This document shows, piece after piece, positions 26,256 to 38,839 of a DNA stretch of 64,000 nucleotides (positions are counted from its first letter, which is position 1; the number at the start of each line of letters is the position of its first letter). This stretch comes from Lama glama (taxonomy: Eukaryota), in NCBI GenBank assembly GCA_028534125.1, contig CM052818.1, positions 3,412,001-3,476,000 of the forward strand, written 5' to 3'. The notes below the pieces were generated by a model that searched no databases, was not told the origin of the DNA, and saw nothing but the letters and a program-made list of their open reading frames with translations. A program made the position numbers and the translations under genes.

Positions 26256-27084
26256 AGTGTATTCGCTCCTTTAACAACATACCCTGAATATATTTCCAAG
26301 TCAATATTCACCTACAACACTCTTAACAGCTACAGATAGTTCCCTATGTAGGCACAATACAATTTCTTTCTTTCTGTTTTTATTTTTCTACTATTCTTCT
26401 ACACAGGCATTTAGCTGCATCTTTGTGGATCATTCATGATCACTTCTTAAGGCTCAGTTATTAAAAAGAAATGTAATTATTTGGACAAAGGACCAAATTC
26501 TAAACACATTTAGTCACATTTCCTCCTAGAACAGGTCAGAGAGTTTAAGAACCTGCTTAAGATCAACCAAGTAATAAGGAGACAATTTGCTATCAAGTTT
26601 AGATCTCTGATTCTCACAAACCTGAGTCCACAACACTGTACTTCAATCTATTGTGCATATTTTTGTTACATCCTCACGTGTCGAATGGATGAATGAACAA
26701 ATAAATAAGCGTTCAGTCGATCCATTGACATTGGTCATCTTAACAAACTGCTGTCAGATTAGCTTAGTTCTGAAGCAGAATCATCAACCCTAAGTGTGTG
26801 GCGACACTCTGTCTCTAGTTCACACATTATGTGTATGGGCGCTAAATTTCTTTGGGAATGGAGAAGACTTTAAAATGCTTGGAAGATAGTCTGAGTAATC
26901 TGATGGGAAGAACTCCATTCTCCACTGGTGCTCAGCCAAAGTTTGTGTGCAGATGCTCCCGGGAAAAGGTGAGCCAGCCCTGTCCCACCCGACAGGTTAA
27001 TCCCTGTCTTTGAAAAGCAGCCCTGTCTGACTAGCATTTTCAATTTTAATTTAATCTTTGTTTTAGTTTCTTTGTATTTACTTT

Positions 27085-27480
27085 TTTTATTTTTTATTTT
27101 TATTTTTTAAATTGAAGTATAGTGGTTTACAATGTTGTGTTAGTTTCTGGTGTACAGCATAGTGATTCAGTTATATATATATATATTCCTTTTCATATTC
27201 TCTTTCATTATACATTATTACAAGGTATTGACTATAGTTCCTGTGCTATACAACAGGACCTTGTTGTTTATTTTATATATAGCAGTTTGTACCTGCTAAT
27301 CCCAAACTCCTAATTTATCCCTCTCCTCAACCCCTACCCCCACCTCCCAGTTGGTAACCATAAATTTGTTTTCTATGTCTGTGAGTCTGTTTCTGTTTTG
27401 TAAATAAGTGCATTTGTATCATTTTTTTTTGATTCCACATATAAGTGATAGCATATGGTATTCTTCTTTCTGTTTCTGAC
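27085..27480 (-). mobile_element. L1 3'-end fragment
   Basis: Poly-T, then ttgaagtatagtggtttacaatgttgtgttagtttctggtgtacagcatagtgattcag. Confidence 0.85.
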
Positions 27481-28156
27481 GTTAATAAAATATCCAAGAA
27501 CAGAAATACTTATCATGGTGTTACAGTACTCTGAGACCTGGACGTGCTCACTGATAGTGTTTCCTCAATAAAAAGATTCTCTAATCAGGCAGGTAGGTTT
27601 TCAGTGATGTGGAAAGACTGGGTGAGTGACTCTGGTAAATGAATTGTTGAAAATGAGACTGAGACGGGGTTCCTCAGGGGTGTGGGATTCAAACCCAAAG
27701 GGGAAAACATGATGACTGAACAACCTCTGAATGCATAAGCTACTAAAATACATATATATACAAACAGGTTTACGTAGAAGAGTCAGAATAGACTCTGAAT
27801 CATACAAGAGCCTATTTAGAACAAACTGGATTTAAATATTTTAGTCAGTTTGGAGGATCTTCCTCCACAAGTGACCTAAAAAAAGACACCAGGCTGAGCA
27901 ACACTGGAAGCTTAGCCCTGCCCGGTGCTCAGAAGGGTGGAGGTTGAGCCCATTCCACACCCAAGTCCCCGCAAGGACTTGTGAGAGATGAGACTAAACT
28001 TAGCTTTGAGTTTGTGAATCAAGAGCTCCCTGAAATCATGTCTGGCTAGGTACGGTGGAGGGACTTCTGTATATGTTGAAACTTTTTTCTTTCCCTCCAA
28101 GAACAGCTTTAAATAAGGCAAAGGATCTGTGTTTTTAAAAAAAAAAAAAGGGCCAG

Positions 28157-28619
28157 TCATCTGTTGATGAACATTTAGGTTGCCTCCAGGTCTTGGCTAT
28201 TGTAAATGGTGCTGCTGTGAACACTGGGGTGCATGTATCTTTTCGAATGAGTGTTTTTACCCAGATATATGCCCAGGAGTGGGATTGCTGGATCATATTG
28301 TAACTCTATTTTCATTTTTTTAAGGAAACAAACTTATGTTTACCAAAGGGGAAAAGTTGGGGAGGGGAGGGATAAATTAGGAGTTTGAGATTAGTAGACA
28401 AACTACTACATACAAAATAGATAAACAACAAGGTCCTAATATATTGCACAGGGAATTACATTCAATACCTTGTAATAAGCTATAATGAAAAGGAATATAT
28501 ATGTATAACTGAATCACTATGCAATACATCAGAAACGAACACAACATTGTAAATCAACTATAGTTCAATCAAAAGCAAAAACAAAAAACACTAAAAACCA
28601 TCACCACCAACAAAAACAC
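28157..28619. mobile_element. L1 insertion with 5' inversion (minus part about 28157-28326, plus 3' end about 28327-28619)
   Basis: Antisense L1 ORF2-end sequence is directly fused to a sense L1 3'UTR with an A-rich tail; AAAGGGCCA on both flanks (28148-28156, 28620-28628). Confidence 0.75.
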
Positions 28620-28722
28620 AAAGGGCCACTACTTCAGGAATCAAGAAGAAAGAGGCCCCCGCTTCCCTGCTGCCTGTCAGGATCCTCGCCAACCACCCGG
28701 AGCCACAGAGTCGGCTGCCTAC

Positions 28723-28817
28723 CCTGCCGATGGTGGTCTTGTAGGCCGTCCTGATTTCCTGGCGCTGGGCCGTGTTGCGGTAGGCCAGGACGTTGATGAT
28801 GGCGTCTTCATCCGTGC
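28723..28817 (-). CDS. ANXA4: ANXA4 coding exon 4 (95 bp)
   Basis: acaccag|GC ACG GAT GAA GAC...GGC AGG|gtaggc = (G)TDEDAIINVLAYRNTAQRQEIRTAYKTTIGR. Confidence 0.97.
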
Positions 28818-30619
28818 CTGGTGTGGAGCAGAGATGGTGAGTGAGTGTGATTCGAGAGAGAAATGAGAAAAACGGGTTCCTCTGAGGACACTGGAGGAAC
28901 CCAAACACACGCAGAGAGCTTGCTAAGAAAAGAAGTTCTTGTTCAGAGGTTTGTCCACTTTGGGGGGTAAAGAGCCACGAGATTTGAGTCTCAGTCTCTC
29001 CTTTAATTAGCTATTTACCACTGAGCAAAGTAGTTAACGTCTCTGAGCATTAGTTTCCTTATCTATAAATGGGAGTGGTCACACTGTTTTCCCTCGCAGG
29101 GCTGCTGCAAGTGTTAAAACAATTAAGTGAATTATTTAGCTCAGTTACTAAATAGCTAATAAATGTCATCTGGGATCACGCACTTCCCCTCCTCTGGAAT
29201 TCGCATCATGTCTTTGGAGTGCCCATATTTATCTTCCATGTTCTTGCCTTTTCTCTCCTTGTTTTCCTCTCTTTTTCATCTTCTGAGTTTTGAAACAGTT
29301 CAAACCCATCTTTTAATTCACAGATTTGGCACTTGACAGGGTTTAAATTAGCTGCTCCCTGTATCCACTGCGTTTTGAGATCTGTAAATACATATTTTCA
29401 TTTCCAAGCTATCTTTCCTGATCCCTGATTGGGAACCTTTTTATAACTGCCCATGAATTCCCAAGATGTAATGCACTACCAAAACTTTTCATTATGAATT
29501 ACACATTTAAAATGGCCTAAATTTTGCCTGCTTCTTGCAGCAGCTTTTACAGGGAGACTTTATTCTGACCCTTCGCGTTGGTCTTTCGTCTTAGTAACAG
29601 CTGGATATTCACGTACGTTGGGTGAGTTTTCCGTTTTCCATTGTTTATATTATATGAGGAGCTGTGATGAGTTACAGAGGAGAGTCTAATTGAAACATTT
29701 CAGGGAGAAATGAAAAAAATATAGATTCACCAAGTTATTCTTTGCAAAATTAGAGATCCACAAAAATGTGAGCTATAGGGAAGAAGCTATAAAATTTTAA
29801 GAATACATACCTTAGAAACCTACTCTCTGTTCTCTTAAAAAAAAAGGAAGGGTAATAGCTACACGCATCCTTTTTCCTGCAGAACTCTCAGCTGCGGGAG
29901 AAAGCTCGTCACCTTTTGCTAATTTACCCCATTTCTGTGAAAGGTACCACCCCTTTCTGGTTCGTCAGGCTTGAATCCTAAAAATAGCTTTAACTTTTGT
30001 ACCCTCTCTCTTCCTTCACATTCAAATTCCCTGTCAAGTCACGCACAATCTAGCTCTAAAAGCTTTTTTGCATCCGTCGCCTCTTTTTAATGCCTACCAC
30101 CACCACTCCAGTTGAGGTTTTTTTCTTAGACAACTGTAGAGTCGGCTAACTAGTATTCTCACCTCGTAACCGGTCTTCCCAAAGTCTTGCCACATTCATT
30201 TTCCTGAAAAGACCAACTCTCACGGTGTCCCCCCCTGCTCAGGATACAGGACGGCTCCCCACCATCTGCTGGATTTACTACCGGCGCTGCAGTCTGCCAT
30301 TTGGGACTCTCCACAGTACCCCGTTCACTATTCTAAGTACCCACATGAAAGGATACAGGCAGCCAAATCCAGACACTTAGCTCTTGAATTACTGTACTTG
30401 ACCCAACTATACTGCACTCCTCTCTCCTGACCTCCTTCGTCACCAGTCTACGGGCTTATGTCTCCCTAACCCCTCTATGTAGCATCCTGATCCTGGCATT
30501 GGTGGTTTCCTGGCCAATGCCTTTGGGCCATCCGCCCATGTCAGTAGCACCCTCAGGACCTCCCTGTGGTACCTGCCTTTTCAGAAGGCTCCTATCCAGC
30601 CAACTCCCGCTTTGTAAGC

Positions 30620-31119
30620 NNNNNNNNNNNNNNNNNNNNNNNNNNNNNNNNNNNNNNNNNNNNNNNNNNNNNNNNNNNNNNNNNNNNNNNNNNNNNNNNN
30701 NNNNNNNNNNNNNNNNNNNNNNNNNNNNNNNNNNNNNNNNNNNNNNNNNNNNNNNNNNNNNNNNNNNNNNNNNNNNNNNNNNNNNNNNNNNNNNNNNNNN
30801 NNNNNNNNNNNNNNNNNNNNNNNNNNNNNNNNNNNNNNNNNNNNNNNNNNNNNNNNNNNNNNNNNNNNNNNNNNNNNNNNNNNNNNNNNNNNNNNNNNNN
30901 NNNNNNNNNNNNNNNNNNNNNNNNNNNNNNNNNNNNNNNNNNNNNNNNNNNNNNNNNNNNNNNNNNNNNNNNNNNNNNNNNNNNNNNNNNNNNNNNNNNN
31001 NNNNNNNNNNNNNNNNNNNNNNNNNNNNNNNNNNNNNNNNNNNNNNNNNNNNNNNNNNNNNNNNNNNNNNNNNNNNNNNNNNNNNNNNNNNNNNNNNNNN
31101 NNNNNNNNNNNNNNNNNNN
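30620..31119. other. Assembly gap (500 N placeholder)
   Basis: Exactly 500 N. Confidence 0.99.
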
Positions 31120-31530
31120 CGATGGGAAAATAGTGAAAAGGTTTTGAGTTTTGCAGAGAAATGATGTAAGACAAGACAGACTTCAGCAAGTCACTATTCT
31201 ACAGGGTGGACTGGAGTCAGAGACAAGGGGTCAGGAAGGCTGGAGGAACTAGCACAGGAATATAGATCTGCACTAAAACAGAGGCCAAGAACAGGATATA
31301 CCTATGAAATATTTAGAAGGAAGACTTGGTTGGATTCAGCGGCTCTTTGACTATATGGATTTATTCATTCAATCACCAAATATTCATAAAGCCCTTCTCT
31401 ATCCCAGGCACTGTGTTAGCTGATAGAGATAATACAGAGAATAAGACAAACCACCTGCCTTCAAGGAGCTTCCAGTGTACCAGGAAAGACAGACAACAAA
31501 TCAACAAATGCACACGCAGGATAATTTCGG

Positions 31531-31661
31531 CGGGAGGGTATAGCTCAGTGGTGGAGCGTGTGCTCAGCACGCATGAGGTCCTGGGTTCAGTCACCACTAC
31601 CTCCACTTAAAAATGATTAAATAAATAAATAAACCTAATCCCACTCCCCCACAAATAAACA
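31531..31661 (+). mobile_element. Vic-1-like SINE inserted in an L2-like relic
   Basis: gggagggtatagctcagtggtggagcg...gggttcagtc; ATAATTTC at 31521-31528 and 31662-31669. Confidence 0.88.
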
Positions 31662-32227
31662 ATAATTTCTGATACCAGTAAGATGAAAATATTACAAGAT
31701 AATGGTATAGAACATGGATCAGCAAACTTCAGCTCACGGGCCAAATTCTACTTTTCTACACCCTACTAGCTAAGAATGGTTTTTTACAATTTCACCAGTT
31801 GACGAAAAATCAAAAGAATAATATTTCATGAAATGTGAACATTATGTAAAATTCAAATTTCAGTGACTGCTTGAGCAAAGTCTTCTGGAAATACTGAGAG
31901 TTGTTATTAAGTGAGCTAGAAATATTTCACTAAAGGGAAAATCTGCATCACACTTGAACACAGGGTACTTTTAGCCAGACAACTTCTTTTATAACTTGGA
32001 CGGCACACAGCATAAATTGATTTATATAGAGACCGCTGTTGTATATTTATTATTTCCTAGCACCAACTGAGCTTGTAAATAGATTTTAGAAATGAACGCA
32101 GAAAATGGTCCCCTTTGATTCTTCCATTAGGTGTCAGATAATACATGTAAAGTTTCTTTTTAATTAGAACTATTATTGTTTTTATTATTGTTGGTTTTAC
32201 GGTAACATCTCTAAAATACATTAACTA

Positions 32228-32495
32228 TTTTTTTTGTTTTTTCAATTTTATTTTTTATTGAAGTGTAGTTGATTTACAATGTTAGTTTCAGGTGTACAGC
32301 AAAGCGATTCAGTTATACATATACATACATGTATATTTTTTCTTTTCAGATTCTTTTCCACCATGTGTTTTTACAAGAAATTGAATTTAGTTCCCTATGC
32401 TATACAGTAAATCCTTGTTGTTTATCTATTTTGTATATAGTAATGTGTACCTGTTAATCCCAAACTCCTAATTTATCCCTCCCCTGCCCTTTCCC
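32228..32495 (-). mobile_element. L1 3'-end fragment
   Basis: Same family as 27085-27480 (ttgaagtgtagttgatttacaatgttagtttcaggtgtacagc). Confidence 0.8.
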
Positions 32496-33714
32496 GAATA
32501 TGTATAAGTTAACCCACAAAAATGCTTCCTAGGACAGTACCGGGCACCTTAATAACTCTTGACAAGAATGGGGGAAGGAATGGAACACACCCCTCCTCCA
32601 GTGACAGAACTGCTGTAGGCCTCTTCTCAGCTGCATAAAATGGTCAGCCCCCAAGGGATGAAAGGCCCTTCTCCTTGAACTCCATTTGTAAACGTCCTCC
32701 CATGTTTCCACCTGCCTGCAGAGCCAAGGATATTTTATAAGAACCCTTTTCTGTCTCCACCTCTTTGATTCATTTGCTCTTTCTCTTTGAAGATCAGCCT
32801 ACAGTCCCATAAATGGAACAGTATGACCAAGTTCACAAGAACTTTGTTTTGGGATCTTACCAAGTCCTTTGCGGCTCACAGGCGGCAAATAATGAGCAAC
32901 TGGGCCTTAGTTTTTACATCTGTAAAGTGCAAACACACTCAGTTTTGGGTGTGGCTCAAATGACCTTAAAAGCATCAGGATTTCAAGATGGAAAGATGTA
33001 GACTGAAGGGACCATATGTTCATGACGTCTATAAAAACCTACAGCTTATATACAGGATGTGGGTGGGAAACTGCACCTTCTTTATAATATGGGAACTCCT
33101 CACATGGGGTGCGGGACAGGCTTCCTGAAGGTTTTAGCACATTTAGAACAACTGAAAGAAAGCTGGAAATGAAATATAAGAGACTTATCCCAATGGTAGT
33201 TACTTACGGGAATAATAAATTGTAAATATGTTCAACTTATTTCAGGTAAGATTACATAAATTTTCAGAAATAATTTATGAAGAATTGACAAAGAAAAATC
33301 AGGTGTGTTGAGAACACATCCCTACTGCTTACCTATAGGAGATGCAAAAGGGTAATTATTACACTATCCCACAAAGTGCCCTATTGTATCATTGTCAGAA
33401 ATTGGCAAGCCAGGGGCTGACTCCAGCATAAAGTTTCCTATGTCCTCACGGCCGACTGCAGGCACGTGGAACAGGATCTGACTCCAGCTAATATTTCTGC
33501 AGGCTATACAGCCAACAGTGTGATGCATTCCTCCCCACTCACCCTAAATTTGGAAAGCAAGCAAATCAGACTGTTTCCTGAGCAGTGGACTAGTAAAATC
33601 AGTAAATAATCATGCAAACAAAGATATGCAAACTCATCTTAAGGAGAAAGAATGGCTCTGGAGATGAAGCCAGCTGGCTGCATGGTATGAGCATGTTTAA
33701 AGAAACATTGTGTC

Positions 33715-33858
33715 GGGAGGTGGGGGAGACGGAGGCTGGGTACACCTGAGTGGTAGAGTGCATGCTTACTATGCAGGAGGTCCTGGGTTCAAGCCCCAGT
33801 ATCTCCATTAAACAAAATAATAATAAAATGATGAAATAAAATAATTATTTAAAAAAAA
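33715..33858 (+). mobile_element. Vic-1-like SINE, diverged
   Basis: gagtggtagagtgcatgcttactatgcaggaggtcctgggttcaagccccagtatctcc plus A-rich tail. Confidence 0.8.
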
Positions 33859-36075
33859 GAAAAAAGTTGTGTCTATCAGCAATGCAAGCTCAACCCAAAC
33901 CATCATCAAGGCTTACTTTGAAATATTTTTCAAAACCCTGGCCTCAAGAAAGGGTGGCTTGACTCCAGGATCCAATGGTCCAAGAGTTGGACATTTTCCC
34001 ACTGTGAGGATGAATTTTATCCATCTAAAACTCTTTGTTCTGATTCCATAGTTGCCAAGCAACCTCTGGACTAGAGTTTGGCTTCTCATGTGGACCTGTC
34101 TACAAAGTAACTGAAGCATGAGGACTTCTGTCTAAGTAACAATTGTATTTCTCAACATAAATAAAGAAATTAGCAGAGTGTGCATGCATGTGAGTGATGA
34201 GCCATAAATATGAACCCATCCCTGAGAGGTGAACCCCTTCTTGGGATGCTAACAAGTATAATTTCTCTGGTCCTGCTGACTGGCTGTGGCACAGTGATGA
34301 ACTCACCCCAGTACCAGATTTTCTCCTTGAGACTCCCAGTGTAACTTGGTGGCCTCCTTTCAAATTCATAACATTGACCTACATCCCAGGACAGGCAACC
34401 CGGACCTTCATTATGGAGGGATCTGCTATCCTGGTGATGACACATTCTTACTGAATCCCTCCCTTCCCTGGAAGATCACATGTGAGTGAGTCACTCGCCA
34501 TTTTTCTTTGGCACATGGTTTCATTTTACACCCCACAGGATGACACGTTTAAATTTTCAGTCTGCGGATTCGTGGAGGCTGTGACTGGGTCCCAGCCCAG
34601 GCACTAAAGGCTTTCAAAACTGTCTATGACTTGGAACTTAGATTCTTCTAAAAGTGAAGGAGATTTTGTTGCCATGATGGAGTTTGAGGTGGGAGAAATA
34701 AACATCTTCAAACAGTTAATTGAAGGCAAAATATGTCATCTAAATGAATACAAAGTTGGAAATCTGCTTGCTAAGCAATCTTAGGGAAGAATCTATTCCA
34801 ATCTATCACCTGGCAAGTAACTTATTAACAATCTTTTGTCCAAACTTTAGCTACTTATTCACAGCATTTCTGGGAACAACAATGATAATAATTTCAATCC
34901 ACAAATAATTAACAACCACACATTTTACACATAATTTAAAACATCCACACTCCTCCTCTACCATTCCCATGTCATGCCAAAGTCTGTTAAGGTTTTTACT
35001 CCACTCCAACGATTTCTTTGTCCAAAAGGCAGGGAGAAGGAGGAAAGGAGTATTTATCAAACACTCCCCTAAATTATCTTAATCTATCCAATGACCTTTT
35101 GCAGCCATGATATTATCTCTACCTTACAAACCAACTGGATGACACAATCATGAAAGCTGGCTTTGGCACGAGTTCTATGTCGTATTAAGAGATAAGATTA
35201 GAAAAATAAAAAGTAATGAGGTGGCCTCAGTGATTGCTGGGAGAGCTGGCTGGGCTCTGCACTCTTAGTTAGACCCTCGCCTGGCTCAGTGTCTTTCTAC
35301 TTCACATAATCCCTCAGTTTCCCCAGGCACAAGCTTCGAGGGGGGCACAGGTCAAAGCATCCTCTAATAAAGGTTATGAACGTTCCTCTGGGTACTGTAT
35401 TCAGTGTGCATGGCATCATGCTTCAGAGTTTTCTAAGTCACTTTCTTTTGTTATCCGCGGGACTCCGAGTGCCATCTGTGGACTGGAGGTCTTTGGAAGG
35501 CTGGTTGGCTGGTTTTTCGTTGGTGGTGCTGTTTTTAAATGATTCTGCCTTTTAAGTGCAGACAAACTATTTGGATCCCCCTCCTCACAGGCTAGTGACC
35601 ACAGAAACAAGAAATTGATGTATCGGTGATGCCGATTGCTGCTCTCAATCATGGGACTGATAAGATAGTTTCACTGATGTTTCGTGCTCATTCATTCAAC
35701 AAACGTTATCTGAGGGCCTGTCCCAGGCCAGGTACCATTCTAGGTGCTAAAAGGCACACCTTCATTTCCATCTCTGTATCCTTCATACAGAAAATTATCC
35801 CCTATGCCTCATCTGTTCAAGAGTAGTCTATCCTTGAAAAAACAACAATCCTGGAAGCTGTTGGAAATGACTTTGTTGAACTTCCTTCCCTGCAAGGACT
35901 CTTTCTGAAGGCTCATCTCCCAGTCTTCAGCCTCCTCCCTCTGGTCCTGGGGCTTACTCCTCCACGGGGCCATCTCGGCCACTGCTCAGTGGTTCAGCAC
36001 CAGGAAAGCCGGCCTTGTAGTCTCTGTTATGCATTCTGGAGCTAGAAGGACTTTATTTTTAAATAAATATTTATT

Positions 36076-36186
36076 GCGGGAGGTAATTAGGTATTTATTT
36101 GTTCACTTAATGGAGATACCGGGGATTGAACCCAGGACCTTGTGCATGCTAAGCACGTGCTCCACCGCTGAGCTATACCCTCCCCC
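36076..36186 (-). mobile_element. Vic-1-like SINE
   Basis: Reverse-strand A/B boxes; TAAATATTTATTG on both flanks (about 36064 and about 36258). Confidence 0.9.
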
Positions 36187-36190
36187 ATAT

Positions 36191-36240
36191 TTTTTTTTAA
36201 CATTTTTTATTGATTTATAATCATTTTACAATGTTGTGTC
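36191..36240 (-). mobile_element. About 50-bp extreme 3' tip of a young L1
   Basis: Reverse complement nearly identical to 17918-17965; TSD TCCCCCATATTT at 36181-36192 and 36241-36252. Confidence 0.85.
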
Positions 36241-36562
36241 TCCCCCATATTTATAAGTAAATATTTATTGACCAGTTAGTTAGTGCCTAGGAGCCTTATC
36301 AATATTCTGTCATTTCGCCTTCTCATTGTCCAGTGACCTGGGCACGTCAACTTAAGTTTTAGAAAAGCTCAGCGTAGTGCCTGAAGCCAGTCATGTAGCA
36401 GGTGGTAAAAGCTGTGTTATCAGTCACAGCTGTGATTCTAGAGACCTTCATACTCCACCACGCTAAATGCACGCATGTGTACATGCATGTATAATTACGC
36501 ATTAAGGCAGGTGTCAATGCTGGAAGTTTTTAGAATAATAATGCAGTAAAAACGTTAAATCC

Positions 36563-36720
36563 AGGGGGCAGGGTATAGCTCAGTGGTAGAGCACATGCTT
36601 AGCATGCACAGGGTCCTGCTTTCAATCCCCAGTACCTGCATATAAATAAACAAACAAACAAACAAACAAACAAACAAACCTACCTAGTTACCTGCCTCCC
36701 CAATTTTTTTTTTAAATTCA
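36563..36720 (+). mobile_element. Vic-1-like SINE with internal (CAAA)n microsatellite
   Basis: ggggcagggtatagctcagtggtagagcacatgcttagcatgcac; (AAAC)n at about 36648-36679. Confidence 0.9.
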
Positions 36721-38839
36721 GGGTTAAAAAAATGTCAAATTGTCGCTTTTTTTTTTTGCTGAGCTAAATGCTTTCTTTTCTTCATATCTGTAACAAGCTG
36801 GATGCAAAACAAAACAGCAATAGAAATACTCCTCTCCCAGACTTGTCCGGTGGAAAATGGACCACCCTTTGACTGGAGGACAGCTTCAATCAGAAGTGTT
36901 GACTACCAGGCTGTTGGCTATTTAAAGAGAGCACATTTCTGACCCCACACGGCCCTGCCCAAGTTCAGCCATCCAGCCTTTCCAGTGGGAGAACAGGCAA
37001 CATGGCTCTGTGACAGTGTCTCTTGGAGTGGACATATGGCCGGAGTTGTGCGATCACCAGCTGGGAGGGTCATAAGGATTCCATCCAGGCATGTTCTGTG
37101 CCCCTCCACCCATAATAGGGTCCAGCATCCTACACTCAGTGCAGGGTTCTGATCACAATACAAAAGTGCTCCCAGTGCAGCCTGCTTCAGAGACTGAGCG
37201 ATGGATGCATCACGCCCTTGGGGTTAGTCTGAATCCAGTGTCAAAGGTTAGAAATGACCCCATTTGGTTATGTTTATCCTAATTTCAGAAACAGTTAGAC
37301 TCTCTGGTGCACACTGGTAGGGAGAGAAAGAAGAGATGCTAGAAATAGCTCTTTCAGCGTTATGCTATGAACTGAAAACAGCAGGGGCTTTCGTTCAAAG
37401 TCTAACATGGGTTTAGCACAACAGCTGTGACATGTTTTCTCAAGCCCCAGGTGGCAGTTTACTTACGCTATTAGAGGCACTGCCCCTCCAGGCTTAAAAC
37501 ACAATTATTCTTTTAATCTCCCAGAGCTGATTTGCCCTTATTTCACATCAAAACGTCAAGCGAACCACAGGTGAGAGCAATTCCAAGGCTGCGATGGAAG
37601 TACACAAAGAGAGCGGCAGTAGAAATGGAGCACCTGTCTTAGGAAGAGCTCATTTCCACCAGTGCTGGATCGCAAGGGTAGCAAAGACCTTAGAGAGCGC
37701 CCAGCCCATCCTTTCACATAGACAGGAAACAGCCCTGTCCACAGGTAAGTGGTAGACTTATGGGTAATGGACATGGTAATAATAACGTACTGGGTTCGCT
37801 CCTCTGACCCATGGTCTGACAGGTGCTGGCCACACGGGTGGGACAGGTTCACACGAGGACGGGAGAATCCACACTATCCTGCTGATGGGAAACAACCACG
37901 GGAAGGTCCAAATCTGAGGGTGGTGCAGCCAACCAACGGCACAGCCTAAGTGCTAATTCTGATGGCCGTTCAGAATTAGCGGGACCTCCCCCTTCCCTGG
38001 AACCATCCTTCCTTCCACACCATCCTCCCTCCATAACCACAAGGCTGAAGCCCGGAGCCCAGCCACTTGGGTTTATAACTCTCCTGCGCATACTTCCTAG
38101 AATATGATTGGGGGAAAGTTATAATCTCTCTGTACTTCAGTTTCCTCATTGGTAACAGGGAATTAATAGCAAATAGTTACTTTATAGGGTTGTCACAAAG
38201 ATCACATCACATGAAGTACTTAGAATGGTGCCCACATTCTGTACTCAGCAAATGTTAGCTAGCCTTTTTATTCCTGTTTCCTCCAGGTAACCTTTATCCT
38301 CCACATCTACATACTCAAGCATTACCTGTTTAGTGAGCTGTTTAAAGTGTGGGTTACCAACTCTACTCATATTGAAAACAGCTCTGGGACACAGAGTTCA
38401 GGCTTTCACATCTACCAGATTTCTCTTAGGCTTCTTTTGGCCACCAAGTCAATGGGGTCCTCTGTGTCTGTCCTCTGAGATTATCATTGTCCTCACAATT
38501 GTCGAATTCTAAGATGACACTTTCCCTGGAATCTGCTCGCCAGATTCCCATCCTGGGCCCCCACTTCCCTGCTTTTAATTTTCAGCAGTGCCTTGCACAG
38601 AGTGGGTCTATAAGAAATGCTTGCTGACTTTAACTGAACTGGCTGCTCCTATGGACACATGTCTTTATGAACTTCCTCGACTCCTTGAGCTTTCTGAAGT
38701 CCTGGTCTCCAGGAAGGGGCCTTCTCCCCACGGGGTTTCCTCCTCTCGCCATGTTTCTGAGCCCCGTGGTACTCTCCAAGCAAACGTTAGCACAGATTCA
38801 GTTACTCCAGTCACACTGGGGCTTATTTTCCAGTGACAC

